A stretch of 64,000 nucleotides of DNA, from contig JBBRXB010000015.1 of the NCBI GenBank assembly GCA_038248915.1, positions 3,230 to 67,229 on the forward strand. Direction: 5' to 3'. Under the pieces are notes generated by a model. The model searched no databases. It saw only the letters and a list, made by a program, of their open reading frames with translations, and was not told where the DNA came from. The DNA is from Candidatus Limnocylindrales bacterium (GTDB lineage Bacteria > Chloroflexota > Limnocylindria > Limnocylindrales > CSP1-4). The first letter of the stretch is position 1, and each line of letters begins with the position of its first letter. The translations under genes were made by a program, and so were the position numbers. Shown here piece by piece: positions 36,724 through 44,916 of the stretch.

Positions 36724-37877
36724 CCGACGAGGGTCGCCAGCATGCCGACGACCGTGTCGGGCTCCGGCATGCCCTCGATCTCCGCGCGGAAGACGCTGGC
36801 CGTCGCCGCATACCGCGCATCTTCGAGCAGGCGGGCGATCGAATCGCGAACGCGGTCGGGCGTGACCTCGTCCGGCAGAAGCCGAAGTCCAAGGCCTGCG
36901 CCGGCGATCCGCTCGGCGTTCATGAACTGGTCGGCGCCCTGCGGGACGGCCAGGAGCGGGACGCCCGCCCTCATCGCGCCGATCAGCGCTCCGGAACCGG
37001 CGTGGCTGACCATGACCTGGCTGTGCCGGAGAACCTGCGCCTGCGGGATGTAGCGCGCCACGTGAACGTTGTCGGGCTGGAGTCCGAGGATCTGTGGGTC
37101 CGTCCCGTGACCGACCGTGGCCACCACGTTCGCATCGGCAGAGCCAAGCCCCTCAAGGATCGCCCGGAACCGCTCGACCTCGTTGAAGATCGTGCCCATG
37201 GTCAGATAGACGGTCGGGCGAGCGGGCCGGCCAGCGATCCAGGCCGCGAATGCCGGATCGGGCGGTCCATCGACCTCCCGCGGTTGCAACGGCGCGACGC
37301 TCGACAGGGCCGCGATCTCAGGGAACTGGAGGCTCGGCGGGCAGATGTCGAGGTATAGCTCACCGCCGAGCCCGCCGACGCCCGGGTTCGCCACACCGGC
37401 GTCGGCAGCGATCGGCTCCAGGACATCCGTCGCTGCCTGTCGAAGGGCCAGCGGGCGCAGCAGGCCGACGCTGTGTTCAGCGTGCGCGATGCCGCTGACC
37501 TCCGCCGCGATCGCGCCGGCCATCTCCGCGCTGTCATGGATGAGCAGGTCGGGCCGCCACCGGTCCAGGACGCCTCGCAGGTCGGCGAGCATGGGCGGCA
37601 CTCGCACACGTCCGAACATCCCCGGATACTGGTACACGGGACGATCCTGTGGCGGGATGTCGTCCCAGTCGGGCACCGTCGCGAGGAACCGAGCCAGTCC
37701 CTCCAGGCGGTCCAATCCGGCCGGAAACACGGTGAACCCGACCGCCGTGACGGACGCGCAGAACCCGGGATCGGTGGCGAACGCAACTTCGTGACCGGCC
37801 GACTCGAACGCCTTGGCGAGCGGCACCAAGGGGTTGAAATGCCCGAACCCGATCACGCACGTGAACAGGACCCTCAT
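36720..37877 (-). CDS. GT1-family glycosyltransferase (MGT/UDP-glycosyltransferase-like)
   Basis: MRVLFTCVIGFGHFNPLVPLA..., and C-terminal donor-binding motif SHAGSGALIGAMRAGVPLLAVPQGADQFMNA. Confidence 0.85.
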   Translation of the reverse strand: MRVLFTCVIGFGHFNPLVPLAKAFESAGHEVAFATDPGFCASVTAVGFTVFPAGLDRLEGLARFLATVPDWDDIPPQDRPVYQYPGMFGRVRVPPMLADLRGVLDRWRPDLLIHDSAEMAGAIAAEVSGIAHAEHSVGLLRPLALRQAATDVLEPIAADAGVANPGVGGLGGELYLDICPPSLQFPEIAALSSVAPLQPREVDGPPDPAFAAWIAGRPARPTVYLTMGTIFNEVERFRAILEGLGSADANVVATVGHGTDPQILGLQPDNVHVARYIPQAQVLRHSQVMVSHAGSGALIGAMRAGVPLLAVPQGADQFMNAERIAGAGLGLRLLPDEVTPDRVRDSIARLLEDARYAATASVFRAEIEGMPEPDTVVGMLATLVG

Positions 37878-37929
37878 GTCCAGAGCCTCATGCCGGCGAG
37901 CCTATTGCATCGGGTGAGATGATCGGCCC

Positions 37930-38136
37930 ATGGTCGAGTATGGCAATGGCGTGGGCCAGGTGGCGGGTAAGGCGGGTGGCGGCGGTGGCGGCGAGACGTC
38001 CATGGACGTCGGTGCCTCGCTGAGTCAGTTCGTGACCGCCTCGGCGCACACCATCTCGACGATGCCGCCGGCGGCCCTGGTGGCCGGTGTCGTGGTCGTC
38101 CTGCTCGGGCTGATGTTCCTGCGACGAGCTTTCTAG
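37930..38136 (+). CDS. Possible small membrane protein (68 aa)
   Basis: ORF with fairly high GC3 and a C-terminal TM helix AALVAGVVVVLLGLMFL. No recognisable RBS or family. Confidence 0.25.
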   Translation: MVEYGNGVGQVAGKAGGGGGGETSMDVGASLSQFVTASAHTISTMPPAALVAGVVVVLLGLMFLRRAF

Positions 38137-38143
38137 CGCGCGG

Positions 38144-38554
38144 TCATCCCGGGTCTCGCAGCATCGGGCTCTCCTGGATGGCCCAGCTGTTGCCATCGGG
38201 GTCGTCGAAGAAGCAGAACGAGTTGTAGTCCCCGCCCTTCCCGTCCGCCCAGCCGCCTTCACCCATGTGCCGCACCGGGCTGAGATCGACGCCGCGCTCG
38301 ACCAGCTGCGCGTGCGCCGCCTCGATGTCGCCGACTGAGATCTGCAAGCCCTTGAGCGTGCCAGGCACCGAATCGACCAGCCCCGTGCCGATCGTGATCG
38401 AGCACGCCGAGCCCGGCGGCGTCAGCTGCACGACGCGCATCTCGCCCATCCGCTGGTCCACGTCGACGATGAACCCGAGCTGGTCGCTGTAGAAGGTCTT
38501 GGCTCGGTCGACATCCGAAACCGGGACGACGATCAGTTCCAGCTTCCAGTCCAT
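38144..38554 (-). CDS. VOC-family (glyoxalase / bleomycin-resistance fold) protein
   Basis: GGAGGAG lies 6 nt upstream of ATG 38554. LELIVVPVSDVDRAKTFY pattern. Confidence 0.85.
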   Translation of the reverse strand: MDWKLELIVVPVSDVDRAKTFYSDQLGFIVDVDQRMGEMRVVQLTPPGSACSITIGTGLVDSVPGTLKGLQISVGDIEAAHAQLVERGVDLSPVRHMGEGGWADGKGGDYNSFCFFDDPDGNSWAIQESPMLRDPG

Positions 38555-38603
38555 CGGGTACTCCTCCATGATGGTTCGGACATCGTGGTCAAGGACGATC
38601 CGG

Positions 38604-39002
38604 TCACGGTCGCTCGGCCAGGAGCCGTTCGGGCGCCCGAGAGCGCCAGCCGTCACGCACGACCGCCTGCAGCATATCGACGTCGATCACCGGCAGGCGG
38701 ACGAGGATCGCCGCATAGCCGTCGTAGTGCGGCTCGGTGAAGAAGGTCGCCGGATCCATGTCGATCAGGGTCTCCTTCTCGGATTCGTGGGCGATCCGAA
38801 CGACCCGGACATCCGGGTCGGCGACCCGTGGCCGTTTCGGATCGACCCGCTCGCGCCACAGCCACACGAACACCTTGCCCCTGACGAGGAATCGGTAGTC
38901 GTCGGGGTCCTCGGTCGTCTCCGGCAGCGCCAGGGCGATGCGACGGACGTCGACCTGCGTTGCCACCTCAGCAGTATCGCAAAGACCTGGCCAGTCGGTC
39001 AT
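38604..39002 (-). CDS. MmcQ/YjbR-family protein
   Basis: ...IALALPETTE......F.VRGKVF... and ...F.TEPHYDGY..ILVRL pattern. Confidence 0.75.
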   Translation of the reverse strand: MTDWPGLCDTAEVATQVDVRRIALALPETTEDPDDYRFLVRGKVFVWLWRERVDPKRPRVADPDVRVVRIAHESEKETLIDMDPATFFTEPHYDGYAAILVRLPVIDVDMLQAVVRDGWRSRAPERLLAERP

Positions 39003-39120
39003 CCGGCGTCGCCGCGCTGCGCGCGAGACCATTGATCCGACCCTTTCCAACGACGTCGAATGCGCGGGCACCGAAATCAACACGACCCCACGATCGCGCC
39101 GACGAGGCATACTCACGATC

Positions 39121-39567
39121 ATGCGATTCCGCACGGAGATCCTGTCCAGCGGCAAGACGGCGGCCGGCATCCAGGTCCCGCCCGAGGTCGTCGACGCCCT
39201 CGGGACGAGCCGTAAGCCGGCCGTCAAGGTGAAGATCAACGGCTACACCTATCGAAGTACGGTCGCGACGATCAGCGGGGCGTTCATGGTCGGGGTCAGC
39301 GCCGCCGTCCGCCGGGACGCGGGTGTCGCGCCGGGCGAGGTCGTCGACGTCGAGCTCGAGCTCGATACGGAGCCCCGCGAGGTCGTGGTGCCGGCCGACC
39401 TGGCCGCCGCGCTGGACGCCGTGCCGGAGGTGCGTCGCTTCTTCGACGGCCTGTCGTATAGCAACAAGCGTCGTTTCACCATGCCGGTCGCCGACGCGAA
39501 GACGCCCGAGACGCGCGAGCGACGGATCGAGAAGGCCGTCGCGACCCTGCGCGAGGGCCGGATCTAG
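39121..39567 (+). CDS. DUF1905 + YdeI/OmpD-associated family protein
   Basis: MRFRTEI...GKTAAGIQVP.EVV..LG...KPAVKV.INGYTYRSTV, and C-terminus ...F..LSYSNKRR......AK.PETR.RRI. Confidence 0.8.
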   Translation: MRFRTEILSSGKTAAGIQVPPEVVDALGTSRKPAVKVKINGYTYRSTVATISGAFMVGVSAAVRRDAGVAPGEVVDVELELDTEPREVVVPADLAAALDAVPEVRRFFDGLSYSNKRRFTMPVADAKTPETRERRIEKAVATLREGRI

Positions 39568-39598
39568 GTCCGGCCGGACCCAGGTCGGCGACGACGGC

Positions 39599-40177
39599 AT
39601 GGCCTACGAGTCCGAGCCGACCCGGCTGGCGGCGCGGTCCAGCCGCTCGATCCTGGTCGCCGTCGCCCTCGTCGTCATCGGGTTCGGCACGGTCATGGCG
39701 GGTCTGGCGTCGGTCCACGCTCCGACCGACGGGTCGCCGCCGGCCTCCCAGGCTGGCGATACCCACCAGCCTGGCAACGCCCAGGCGGTCGTCTCGCCAT
39801 CACCGCTCGTCACGGCTTCGCCGGCTGCATGGCCACTCGCGCCGGTCGGGCTCCGGGCGTCCATCCGCTGCCACGCGGTGGCTGACCCGCGCTGCACGGC
39901 CGTGGCACAGGCGGCCGCGAACGCGTTGCGGGCGCTCGGCGATCCGGCGCTGCCGCCGCCCGTCACGATCGAGGTCTGGCGAACGATCCTGTGCGCCTCG
40001 ACATTCGACTGTCCGCCCCAGCGCCTGACCGGGCGGCAGCCGGCCGGCAGCGTGGTGGTCGGGTTCGGTGCCGCGGCGGCGGACGTCTGGATCAATGTCA
40101 CGGACAGCGATGGGCCGCACGCGGGGCCGCTGTCCGGGAGCCTCGAGGCGTGGGTCATCGCGTCAGGACCGTCGTGA
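39599..40177 (+). CDS. Membrane-anchored hypothetical protein with 6 Cys in the ectodomain
   Basis: ATG 39599 and N-terminal TM helix ILVAVALVVIGFGTVMAGL. Confidence 0.6.
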   Translation: MAYESEPTRLAARSSRSILVAVALVVIGFGTVMAGLASVHAPTDGSPPASQAGDTHQPGNAQAVVSPSPLVTASPAAWPLAPVGLRASIRCHAVADPRCTAVAQAAANALRALGDPALPPPVTIEVWRTILCASTFDCPPQRLTGRQPAGSVVVGFGAAAADVWINVTDSDGPHAGPLSGSLEAWVIASGPS

Positions 40178-40278
40178 CCGGAGCGCGCTCGTGTACCCTG
40201 CCCCCGACATGATCGATCCCTGCGCCGTGCGTCCCCTGGACGCATGGTTCGCCACCATCTCCAACAGGAACGGCTGAT

Positions 40279-40315
40279 CCGCCCCTTCCGGAACTAGCGT
40301 CGGAGGAAGGGGCGG
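40279..40315 (+). terminator. Hairpin with an 11-bp perfect stem (CCGCCCCTTCC/GGAAGGGGCGG) and 15-nt loop
   Basis: Read directly. Lies about 100 nt after the stop at 40177. No U-tract. Confidence 0.35.
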
Positions 40316-40395
40316 GACGGACGCGTCGCTGCCGCACGACCGCATCGGCCGGGCTGCGACTCGTCGTCCCGCGTGATCGATCGAGGGAGATGACG

Positions 40396-41325
40396 ATGCC
40401 GATGCCGCATCGCACGTTCGCCCAGGTAGCGAAGCGACGTCTCACGGGCAAGGAAGGGCGCGAGCGGATCCGCGAGGTCAACGCACTGCTCGGCGAGCTA
40501 CCCGACTATCGCAATGGACCCTATGCGGACCTGCGGAAATGGCTGTTGTCGGAGATCGAGGACACCCGTGTGCGCGCGGGTGCCGTCCACCGCGACTCGA
40601 TCGCGGTCCGGCGCGAGGGTGCTGCCCAGATCGCGCTCGTCGGGCCGCCGAACGTGGGCAAGTCGTCGCTCCTCCAGGCCCTGTCGGAGATCCAGATCAA
40701 GACCGGTGATTACCCGTTCACGACACTCCGACCGGTCCCGGCCCTGACTCGCATCGGCGGCGTCCTCGTCCAGCTGGTCGAGATCCCGGGCCTGATCGGC
40801 GGAGCCGCGGCCGACCGGGGCGGAGGGCGGGCGCTGCTTGGCGTGTTGCGCACCGTCGATGCCATCGTCTACTGCTGCCGCGCCGGAGCTGACCCCGCGG
40901 AGCTCCGCACCGTCTTCGCGGAGGTGGACCGGGCGGGCATCGAGAAGCCGGCCATCCTCGCCGTCACCCGGGCCGATGAGGCCGATGCCGATGCGGCCGA
41001 CCGTCTCGCGGTCGCGTTCGCGGATCTCCCGGTCGTGGCGGTGTCCGTGCTCGATGAAGGATCGCTCGACGCATTCCGGACCGCCGTCTGGCAGTTGACC
41101 GGGCTCATCCGGGTCCGATTGCGCAAGGATGCGACGACCGACCCAGACCCGCTCGCCCTCGTGCCGGGCTCGACCGTCGCGGACGTCGCGGACTGGGTCC
41201 ATCACGACCTGGGCACAAGTTTCACGGGCGCCAGGGTGTGGGGCCCATCGGCCCGCTTCGACGGCCAGCGCGTGGGCCGGGATCACGAGGTCCGCGACGG
41301 CGACACGGTCGAGATCGTGCCCTGA
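40396..41325 (+). CDS. OBG-class GTPase with a C-terminal TGS domain (DRG-like architecture)
   Basis: G1 GPPNVGKSS, G2 YPFTTL, G3 EIPGL. C-terminus IRVRLR...PLAL..GSTV.DVA..VH.DL...F..ARVWG.S......RVG.DH.V.DGD.V.I is a TGS domain. ATG 40396 has the best spacing from GAGGGAG. Confidence 0.85.
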   Translation: MPMPHRTFAQVAKRRLTGKEGRERIREVNALLGELPDYRNGPYADLRKWLLSEIEDTRVRAGAVHRDSIAVRREGAAQIALVGPPNVGKSSLLQALSEIQIKTGDYPFTTLRPVPALTRIGGVLVQLVEIPGLIGGAAADRGGGRALLGVLRTVDAIVYCCRAGADPAELRTVFAEVDRAGIEKPAILAVTRADEADADAADRLAVAFADLPVVAVSVLDEGSLDAFRTAVWQLTGLIRVRLRKDATTDPDPLALVPGSTVADVADWVHHDLGTSFTGARVWGPSARFDGQRVGRDHEVRDGDTVEIVP

Positions 41326-41376
41326 CGACATCGGGGTGGGCGCATTTTCACGGGCTGGACCGGGCACGGCCGGTCA

Positions 41377-41547
41377 GGTACGCTGCCGACTTCGCTGGGG
41401 GTCCCCCCACGGTCATGGGTCGATGGTCCTCCCCATGAGCGTCCCGGCCTGACCCGTCGGGACCTGTCGTGCCTGACCCGAAGGGGTGATTGTCCGGCGC
41501 CCGAGCCGTGGCCATGCTCGGGGCCCGATCAAGCGAGGTACCCCAAC
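41377..41547 (+). promoter_or_regulatory. Structured 5' leader, candidate riboswitch (possibly ydaO/c-di-AMP class), preceding the GH25 hydrolase gene
   Basis: Closing helix GGUAC-GCU (41377-41384) pairs with AGCG-AG-GUACC (41531-41542) and contains the GAGG Shine-Dalgarno sequence. Internal hairpins at 41413-41438 and 41500-41522. G-rich blocks GGGGGUCCCCCCA and GGGGUGAUUG. Confidence 0.35.
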
Positions 41548-42993
41548 TTGCCTCAGGCCGTCGCCCATCGTTCCCCGCGCCCCTCGCTGGCCGACCTGGT
41601 CGCCGCGGCGATCATGTCCGCCCTGCTGCTCTTCGCGCTGACCGCCGTGACGACACCCGGACCCGTCCTCGGGGCGACGGTCACCAAGGCAGCACTCTGC
41701 TCAGCGAATCTGCGCACCTCGGCAACGACCACCGCACGAGTCCTCGTCTCGATCAAGACCGGCACCAAGGTGACGGTCGCGACGAGCGTCAACGGCTCCG
41801 CCTGGAAGGCCAGCTGTGCAGGCAAGACGGTCTCCGGGAATAGCTGGTATCGGATCACGGCGGTCGGTAGCAAGTCGGTCAAGGCCCTTTACGGCGTGAC
41901 CTACCTGTACGCCGCGTCCGGCCTGTTCACGTCCGTCGCGCCGCCGCCCACCGTCAAGTACGCGGCCTGCGGCGTGTACCTCCGGAGCAGTGCGTCGACG
42001 GCGGCCACCAAACGCAAGCTGCTCGCGACGAACACGCCGGTGGCCATCGTCGCCACGGTCAGCGGCGGTGCCTGGAAGACGACGTGCGCCGGCAAGGCCG
42101 TCGCCGGCAACACCTGGTACCGGATCACCGCCGTCAGCGGACAAAGTGTCCAGGCCCTGTTCAACACGACCTATCTGTACGCCGCAGCCGGCCTGTTCAA
42201 GACGGCCCTGGCCCCCGCGGCGCTCCCGACGCCGACCCCGGCGCCGACCCCGAAGCCGACCCCGACGCCGACCCCGGCGCCGACCCCGAAGCCGACCCCG
42301 GCGCCGACCCCGACCGCCTCGCCCTCCCCCACTCCGACGCCTGCACCCCCGACGAACCCGAGGATGGCCGAGGGCGTCGACGTCAGCAATTGGCAGGGGC
42401 CCATCGACTGGACGGCGGTCGAGACGGCGGGCAAGACGTTCGCCTACCTGAAAGCCTCGCAGGACACCGTCTTCGTGGACTCGACCTATGCCACCAACCG
42501 GGCGCAAGCCGGCGCGGTCGGGCTCTACATCGGGGCGTACCACTTCGCGATCCCCCTCACCGCCGCGGGCGATGCGGTCGCGCAGGCGAACCACTTCATC
42601 GACGTCGCCAAGCCCGCCAAGGGCGACCTCATCCCGGTCCTCGACCTTGAGAAGAGCGGCGGCCTGTCGCAGACCGCGCTGACTGCCTGGGTCAAGGCGT
42701 TCATGCAGCGCGTCTACGAGCGGACCGGCGTCCGGGCCGTCATCTACTGTTCGCCGAGCTTCTGGAAGACGTACATGGGCGACACGACCTGGTTCGCCGT
42801 GAATGGCTACGAAGTCCTGTGGATCGCCCATTGGACGACCGCGGTCAGCCCGACGTTGCCGGCGGCCGCGTGGGGCACCAAGGGCTGGACATTCTGGCAG
42901 TACACCTCGAGCGGGACGGTGCCCGGCATCTCCGGCCGGGTCGACCTGGATCGCTACAACGGCACGGACTTCACGAAGGTGCGGATCCCGTAG
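41548..42993 (+). CDS. Secreted GH25 muramidase (lysozyme) with two N-terminal SH3-like repeats and a Pro/Thr/Lys linker
   Basis: TTG start and TM/signal segment. Duplicated about 90-aa module (...AWK..CAGK.V.GN.WYRITAV...LY...YLYAA.GLF). C-terminus [12 protein letters not shown]......FAYLKA...GAYHFA. Confidence 0.9.
   Translation: MPQAVAHRSPRPSLADLVAAAIMSALLLFALTAVTTPGPVLGATVTKAALCSANLRTSATTTARVLVSIKTGTKVTVATSVNGSAWKASCAGKTVSGNSWYRITAVGSKSVKALYGVTYLYAASGLFTSVAPPPTVKYAACGVYLRSSASTAATKRKLLATNTPVAIVATVSGGAWKTTCAGKAVAGNTWYRITAVSGQSVQALFNTTYLYAAAGLFKTALAPAALPTPTPAPTPKPTPTPTPAPTPKPTPAPTPTASPSPTPTPAPPTNPRMAEGVDVSNWQGPIDWTAVETAGKTFAYLKASQDTVFVDSTYATNRAQAGAVGLYIGAYHFAIPLTAAGDAVAQANHFIDVAKPAKGDLIPVLDLEKSGGLSQTALTAWVKAFMQRVYERTGVRAVIYCSPSFWKTYMGDTTWFAVNGYEVLWIAHWTTAVSPTLPAAAWGTKGWTFWQYTSSGTVPGISGRVDLDRYNGTDFTKVRIP
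42229..42312 (+). repeat. Perfect 36-bp tandem duplication plus a partial third copy within the linker-coding region
   Basis: 42229-42264 is identical to 42265-42300 (ACGCCGACCCCGGCGCCGACCCCGAAGCCGACCCCG). 42301-42312 is a partial copy with 1 mismatch. Confidence 0.8.
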
Positions 42994-43020
42994 GTCGGCC
43001 GCATCCCGGCCCGCTGGGCC

Positions 43021-44784
43021 TCAGACCGCGTGGATCGGCGGCTCCGTCGCGAGCGGCACGAAGGCGACCGCTGTCAGCTCGCCGGTCTTGGGATCCGCCG
43101 TCAGCGTGAGGTCCAGGTCGCCCCGCCCCCCGGTCAGCCGCCAGGTCGCGGTGGTGATCCCGTCACCAGCCATCACCTGGCCCAGCTTGACCGGCCCGAA
43201 CTGCGCCTCAGCGGCTCGCAGGGCCCGCCAGGTCGCTGCGGCATCCAAGCCGTCCGCAAGGCGAAGGGAGGTCGGCCAGGCGGGCCCGGGTGTCCGCAGA
43301 GACGTCGTCAGTCGCTTGGCAGCCTTGATCAATCTCGTCGGCGGTTCCGGGACCGAGGTCAGCCCCAGCGCCTGGACCCTGGGGGGTCGCTCCGGGCTCA
43401 TCAGGACCTCGATCCGGACGCGTCCGCGGTCGCCTCGCATCCACCAGGCTAAGTGGGACGGCCCGTGCGTTTCGGGCTCGACCGATGGATCCGCCATGAG
43501 GGCGCCGTGGACCTTGCGCAAGCGGTCGATGGCTGCCCGGCGACGGGCCAGCGGCTCGTCGAGCTCGACATTCATCGAGAAGAGCGCCGTTGCGTCGGCT
43601 TCGTCCCAGCGCTTGAGCAGGCGTTCCACGCTCGCCCGGGCCGCGATCGTCTGCGGCCAGGGGACGACGCGTCGCGTCCGGTCGGGCAACCGCCGGACCA
43701 AGCTCGCCAGCGCTTCGACCACGGGGTGCAGCGTCGGCGCGTACCGGGCGTTGCCGAAGGCGATGACCCCGATGCCCGACGCCGGATGCCAGCGCATGTT
43801 CGAGCCGAACCCGGGATATCCGCCCCCGTGGCCCACGACCCGACCCAGTCGCAGGTCGTCCGAGACGAACAGGCCATAGCCGTAGCCCCCGCTGGACAGG
43901 GTCGGGGGCAGCTCGACCGAGCGCCAGGTGAGCTCCGGCTCGATCGATCGCTGGACCTGTTGCATCTCCCGGCGCGTGGCCCGGTGCAACGGGTGATTGC
44001 GATCGGCGTCGCCGCGGGGCGGGTACGCATCGGTGAAGCCGGCGACCCAGCGGGCCAGATCCTCGACCGTCGTGAGCACTCCGCCCATCGATGCCAGGGC
44101 GCCATACGGATCGATCGCCTCTTCGAGCCAGGCATCGTCGCGCCGGACGTGACCGTGCGCGAGCCGGTCGGCTGGGATCTCGCTTGGGACGTACGTGGTG
44201 GCGGTCATGCCGAGCGGCTCGAGCAGACGCGCGCGGACGAAGTCCTTGTACTCGAGGCCGGCCACGTTGGTGATCACCCGCCCGAGGATGCCGTAGCCCA
44301 GGTTCGAGTACTCGTACCTCGTGTCGGCCGGCCAGGCCGGCAGCCACGGGCCCCGGAGCAGGGTCGAGAACCGGCGCAACGGGAGACCCTGCTGGCGATC
44401 GCCCCACGGATCGTCCGTCGGCAGCCCGGCCGACATCGTCAGCAGGCTGCGGATGGTGACCGGCGGCGAGTCGGCGGGATGACCGGCCTGCGCCGAGGCC
44501 AGCTCCGGGACCCACGCCACCACGGGATCGTCGAGCCGGAGACGGTCCTCGTCGCGGAGCAGCAGGATGGCCGCCGCGGTGAAGCTCTTGGTCATCGACG
44601 CGATCCGGAAGACGCTGTCGCGCGCGGGTCGGGCCTCGTCGCCGGCCCTCAGTGTGCCGTGCCCGCCGGCGTGGACGAGGCCGCCGTCGACGATCACGCC
44701 GTAGACGATGCCCGGCGCGACCTGACGTGCCGCGAACCGCTCGAAGATGCCATCGACGTCCTTCAGGGCAGCTGTCAACGTCAT
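43021..44784 (-). CDS. Serine hydrolase (class C beta-lactamase / PBP4*-like) with about 200 aa C-terminal extension
   Basis: SxxK motif SMTKS and YxN motif YEYSNLGYG. Start at MTLTAALKD. Confidence 0.85.
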   Translation of the reverse strand: MTLTAALKDVDGIFERFAARQVAPGIVYGVIVDGGLVHAGGHGTLRAGDEARPARDSVFRIASMTKSFTAAAILLLRDEDRLRLDDPVVAWVPELASAQAGHPADSPPVTIRSLLTMSAGLPTDDPWGDRQQGLPLRRFSTLLRGPWLPAWPADTRYEYSNLGYGILGRVITNVAGLEYKDFVRARLLEPLGMTATTYVPSEIPADRLAHGHVRRDDAWLEEAIDPYGALASMGGVLTTVEDLARWVAGFTDAYPPRGDADRNHPLHRATRREMQQVQRSIEPELTWRSVELPPTLSSGGYGYGLFVSDDLRLGRVVGHGGGYPGFGSNMRWHPASGIGVIAFGNARYAPTLHPVVEALASLVRRLPDRTRRVVPWPQTIAARASVERLLKRWDEADATALFSMNVELDEPLARRRAAIDRLRKVHGALMADPSVEPETHGPSHLAWWMRGDRGRVRIEVLMSPERPPRVQALGLTSVPEPPTRLIKAAKRLTTSLRTPGPAWPTSLRLADGLDAAATWRALRAAEAQFGPVKLGQVMAGDGITTATWRLTGGRGDLDLTLTADPKTGELTAVAFVPLATEPPIHAV

Positions 44785-44916
44785 GCGTCGATCGTACCGG
44801 CGGCGGTCGCGAGACGGGTCGAGGCGCTGACGTCCATCCACCACCCATGATGACGTGGCCCGCCGATCCGGGTATGAAAACGCTCGAAGGAACCCGCACG
44901 CCGGTCGCCCGCACGG

